From: a virus
Taxonomy: Duplodnaviria; Heunggongvirae; Uroviricota; Caudoviricetes
Virus record (IMG/VR): IMGVR_UViG_3300031576_000015
Span: 29,996 to 93,995 of that record
Length of the DNA stretch: 64,000 nucleotides
Reading direction: 5' to 3' (one strand)
Part shown: positions 62,367 through 64,000 of the stretch, one piece after another
Position numbering within the stretch: position 1 is the first letter of the stretch
Layout of the letters: every line of letters starts with the position of its first letter
Made by a program: the position numbers and the translations under genes
Notes under the pieces: model-generated
The model's input: the letters and a program-made list of their open reading frames with translations, nothing else
Database searches by the model: none
What the model was told of the DNA's origin: nothing

Positions 62367-62729
62367 CTATTTCCTCTTAGGCCCGGAGCCCGGAGCCCAT
62401 GCGCTCCAGGACGTTGGTGTAAAACTTGTTCTGCCGGAGCCCATGCGCTCCAGGACGTTGGTGTAAAACTTGTTCTGCTTAGTGACTACACGATCCCCGA
62501 TTAGAAAGGATATGACGGCTGCGACGGCGAAGACAAAGAAGCCACCCACTGCGAGCCCAAAGGGAATCGCAGTATATGCGGCTATCGCTACCGGCAGCCC
62601 CACAAAAACGCCCAGGAATGCGGTAACTATACCGCCACCAACACGGAGACTCTCGAAAACATGCGCCCGGGTCAACTTCCGTGGCTCCTTCTTCTTTGTC
62701 GCTGGTTCTGGGGTGGGTGCATTGTACAT
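62367..62729 (-). CDS. membrane protein with a C-terminus rewritten by a 44-nt tandem duplication
   Basis: Three TM helices; the last ~22 aa are read from the second repeat copy in a shifted frame. Confidence 0.45.
   Translation of the reverse strand: MYNAPTPEPATKKKEPRKLTRAHVFESLRVGGGIVTAFLGVFVGLPVAIAAYTAIPFGLAVGGFFVFAVAAVISFLIGDRVVTKQNKFYTNVLERMGSGRTSFTPTSWSAWAPGSGPKRK
62391..62478. repeat. perfect 44-nt tandem duplication
   Basis: cggagcccatgcgctccaggacgttggtgtaaaacttgttctgc x2 (62391-62434 and 62435-62478). Confidence 0.85.
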
Positions 62730-63532
62730 TATTTCTTCCTCCCTCGGGCAGCCTGCGCGAAGATGGGCAGGGATCCCGGCTCATTGAGCAGATGATTGTA
62801 GCAGGACTCGTAGACCGGGCAGAAGCCGCACATCCAGAGTAGTAGGTCGGCCGGCACGTCCCGGTACAACGGCATCCGTTTGTTCTTGAGAGCCTCGGCT
62901 AGGGGGACGAACCGTTTGTTGAGAAAAGCCTCAACCTGCGTATCCGACCAATAGTCGCGCGCCTTAACAGCACGCTCCGCAACCTCAGCCCCGTTGAGGT
63001 CGAAGTAGATCACAGACATGTCCGTCCCCTTTGCCGGGAGCTCGTACAACCATCGATAGAGGTTGACCTGTTGAACGTGATTGGACCACGGGCTGTAGAG
63101 GGGCACGCGCTTGGTGCTCTTAAAGTCCCGCAGTTTGTATCGACCATTTACACGGGTGGTAATGATCGAGTCGGCGGTGCCGTATAGGGTGTGACCAGCA
63201 TAATCCCGCGACGTTCGAGTTTCTACAGTGGCCTCCTCCTCTGCGTAGTTGGCCAATATTTGGTGCAGAAGGGTACCCCGGAAGGCAGCCATCATGTCCT
63301 CTGGCCTTTCAGCGTACTCCTCGTTGGTCTTCAGATACTTAGCCCGAGGGCAGCCAATGACATCGGTGACTGAGACTTGGTCCTCGGGAATAGCGGCTTG
63401 CCGGTCAGTGATACCGGACACAACAGCCTTGATGAAGGGATATGGAAGGTTTGTCTCCCCGATCTTGGCCAGCTTCAAGGCCGTATCGAAGTCTACCTTC
63501 TCCCCATTGATGATCAATTTTGAGAGGGGCAC
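62729..63532 (-). CDS. PD-(D/E)XK nuclease, Cas4/RecB-like, with a predicted Fe-S Cys cluster
   Basis: N-terminal Cys 'IGCPRAKY', C-terminal 'CGFCPVYESC' (CX2CX5C), and an internal D/E-K core. Confidence 0.6.
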   Translation of the reverse strand: MPLSKLIINGEKVDFDTALKLAKIGETNLPYPFIKAVVSGITDRQAAIPEDQVSVTDVIGCPRAKYLKTNEEYAERPEDMMAAFRGTLLHQILANYAEEEATVETRTSRDYAGHTLYGTADSIITTRVNGRYKLRDFKSTKRVPLYSPWSNHVQQVNLYRWLYELPAKGTDMSVIYFDLNGAEVAERAVKARDYWSDTQVEAFLNKRFVPLAEALKNKRMPLYRDVPADLLLWMCGFCPVYESCYNHLLNEPGSLPIFAQAARGRKK

Positions 63533-63562
63533 TATCTGGCTCCGCCTCGGCCCCTGTGCCGC

Positions 63563-63937
63563 TTAGCCATTATTTCCCTCCTCTGACGGAAGTCCTCGAT
63601 GATAGGATCGTGCGATAGAAAAATTGGCCTTGATTAGATCCAAATCAGCCGTGTCAAATCCCGAAACAACCTCGCCCCATGGCTCCACATCGACGGATCG
63701 GGGGTTCGCTCTATTTAGAAGTCCCCATTGAAATAGGGTATCAAATAGGTATTCCCGACATATGGAGACATTATAAATTGATGACTTTACTCCTCGAGAA
63801 AAGATTATGGTATTAGGTACGGGAATCAGGGCCAGCCCTCGGGGAAGCAGTAACGACACAACCGATCCCCGTCCTGGGAGGGAACCCAATCGTCCAACGG
63901 CTCGCGAAACTTCCTCGGCACTTGATCGACGTTGCAA
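63563..63937 (-). CDS. hypothetical protein
   Basis: 124-aa ORF. Confidence 0.35.
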   Translation of the reverse strand: MQRRSSAEEVSRAVGRLGSLPGRGSVVSLLLPRGLALIPVPNTIIFSRGVKSSIYNVSICREYLFDTLFQWGLLNRANPRSVDVEPWGEVVSGFDTADLDLIKANFSIARSYHRGLPSEEGNNG

Positions 63938-64000
63938 CCCTCACGTGTCGGCTGCTTGTGAATAACGCCAGTGCGCCGATTGCGGATATAGGGCTTCCGT

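Noticed and set aside
1-64000. CRISPR array or integrase / attachment site
   Set aside because: No spaced direct-repeat array and no tyrosine or serine recombinase motifs in any frame. The 16-nt palindrome and the short tandem repeats are accounted for separately.

Overview
This window reads as a contiguous stretch of a tailed (Caudoviricetes) phage or prophage genome; it contains no rRNA and no CRISPR array. Genes run on the minus strand from 1 to about 36.4 kb, on the plus strand from about 37.0 to 58.0 kb, and on the minus strand again from about 58.2 to 64.0 kb. The first minus block holds a structural and packaging module. It includes tail-fibre-like proteins, an HK97-type major capsid candidate, a scaffold-like protein, the portal, and a large terminase that carries an intein with a LAGLIDADG motif. 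A free-standing LAGLIDADG homing endonuclease gene sits between the scaffold and capsid genes. Downstream come an Amidase_2 endolysin with two small holin-like genes, and then a translation island of about 6.7 kb. The island carries about 40 canonical and 7 aberrant tRNA genes on the minus strand (an initiator tRNA-fMet, a complete RNase P RNA gene (rnpB) with its own promoter, and a peptide deformylase). Three HNH endonuclease ORFs are interleaved with the tRNAs. At least four near-consensus sigma70 promoters (TTGACA-N16-TATAAT) face down the minus strand. A roughly 1 kb divergent intergenic hub follows, with G-quadruplex-like runs, short iterons and a conserved ~50-nt repeat upstream of two plus-strand genes. 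The plus block encodes an ATP-dependent DNA ligase, an SPFH/band-7 protein, a MoxR AAA+ ATPase paired with a VWA and metallopeptidase-like partner, ABC-transporter permease and substrate-binding components, and a Ku protein. Immediately upstream of Ku lies a frameshifted LAGLIDADG endonuclease remnant that shares Ku's start peptide. The same block also has a DUF5131-like gene with an antisense endonuclease VII-like ORF nested inside it, and a CPBP intramembrane protease. The final minus block holds an AAA+ ATPase with a trypsin-like serine protease, a DEDD exonuclease, and a Cas4-like PD-(D/E)XK nuclease. I rank the phage-encoded rnpB as the most novel element. Also notable are an anticodon-arm insertion in one tRNA, half-tRNA-like elements, and two out-of-frame tandem duplications that rewrite gene C-termini. 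All calls are from motifs read by eye; no searches were run.
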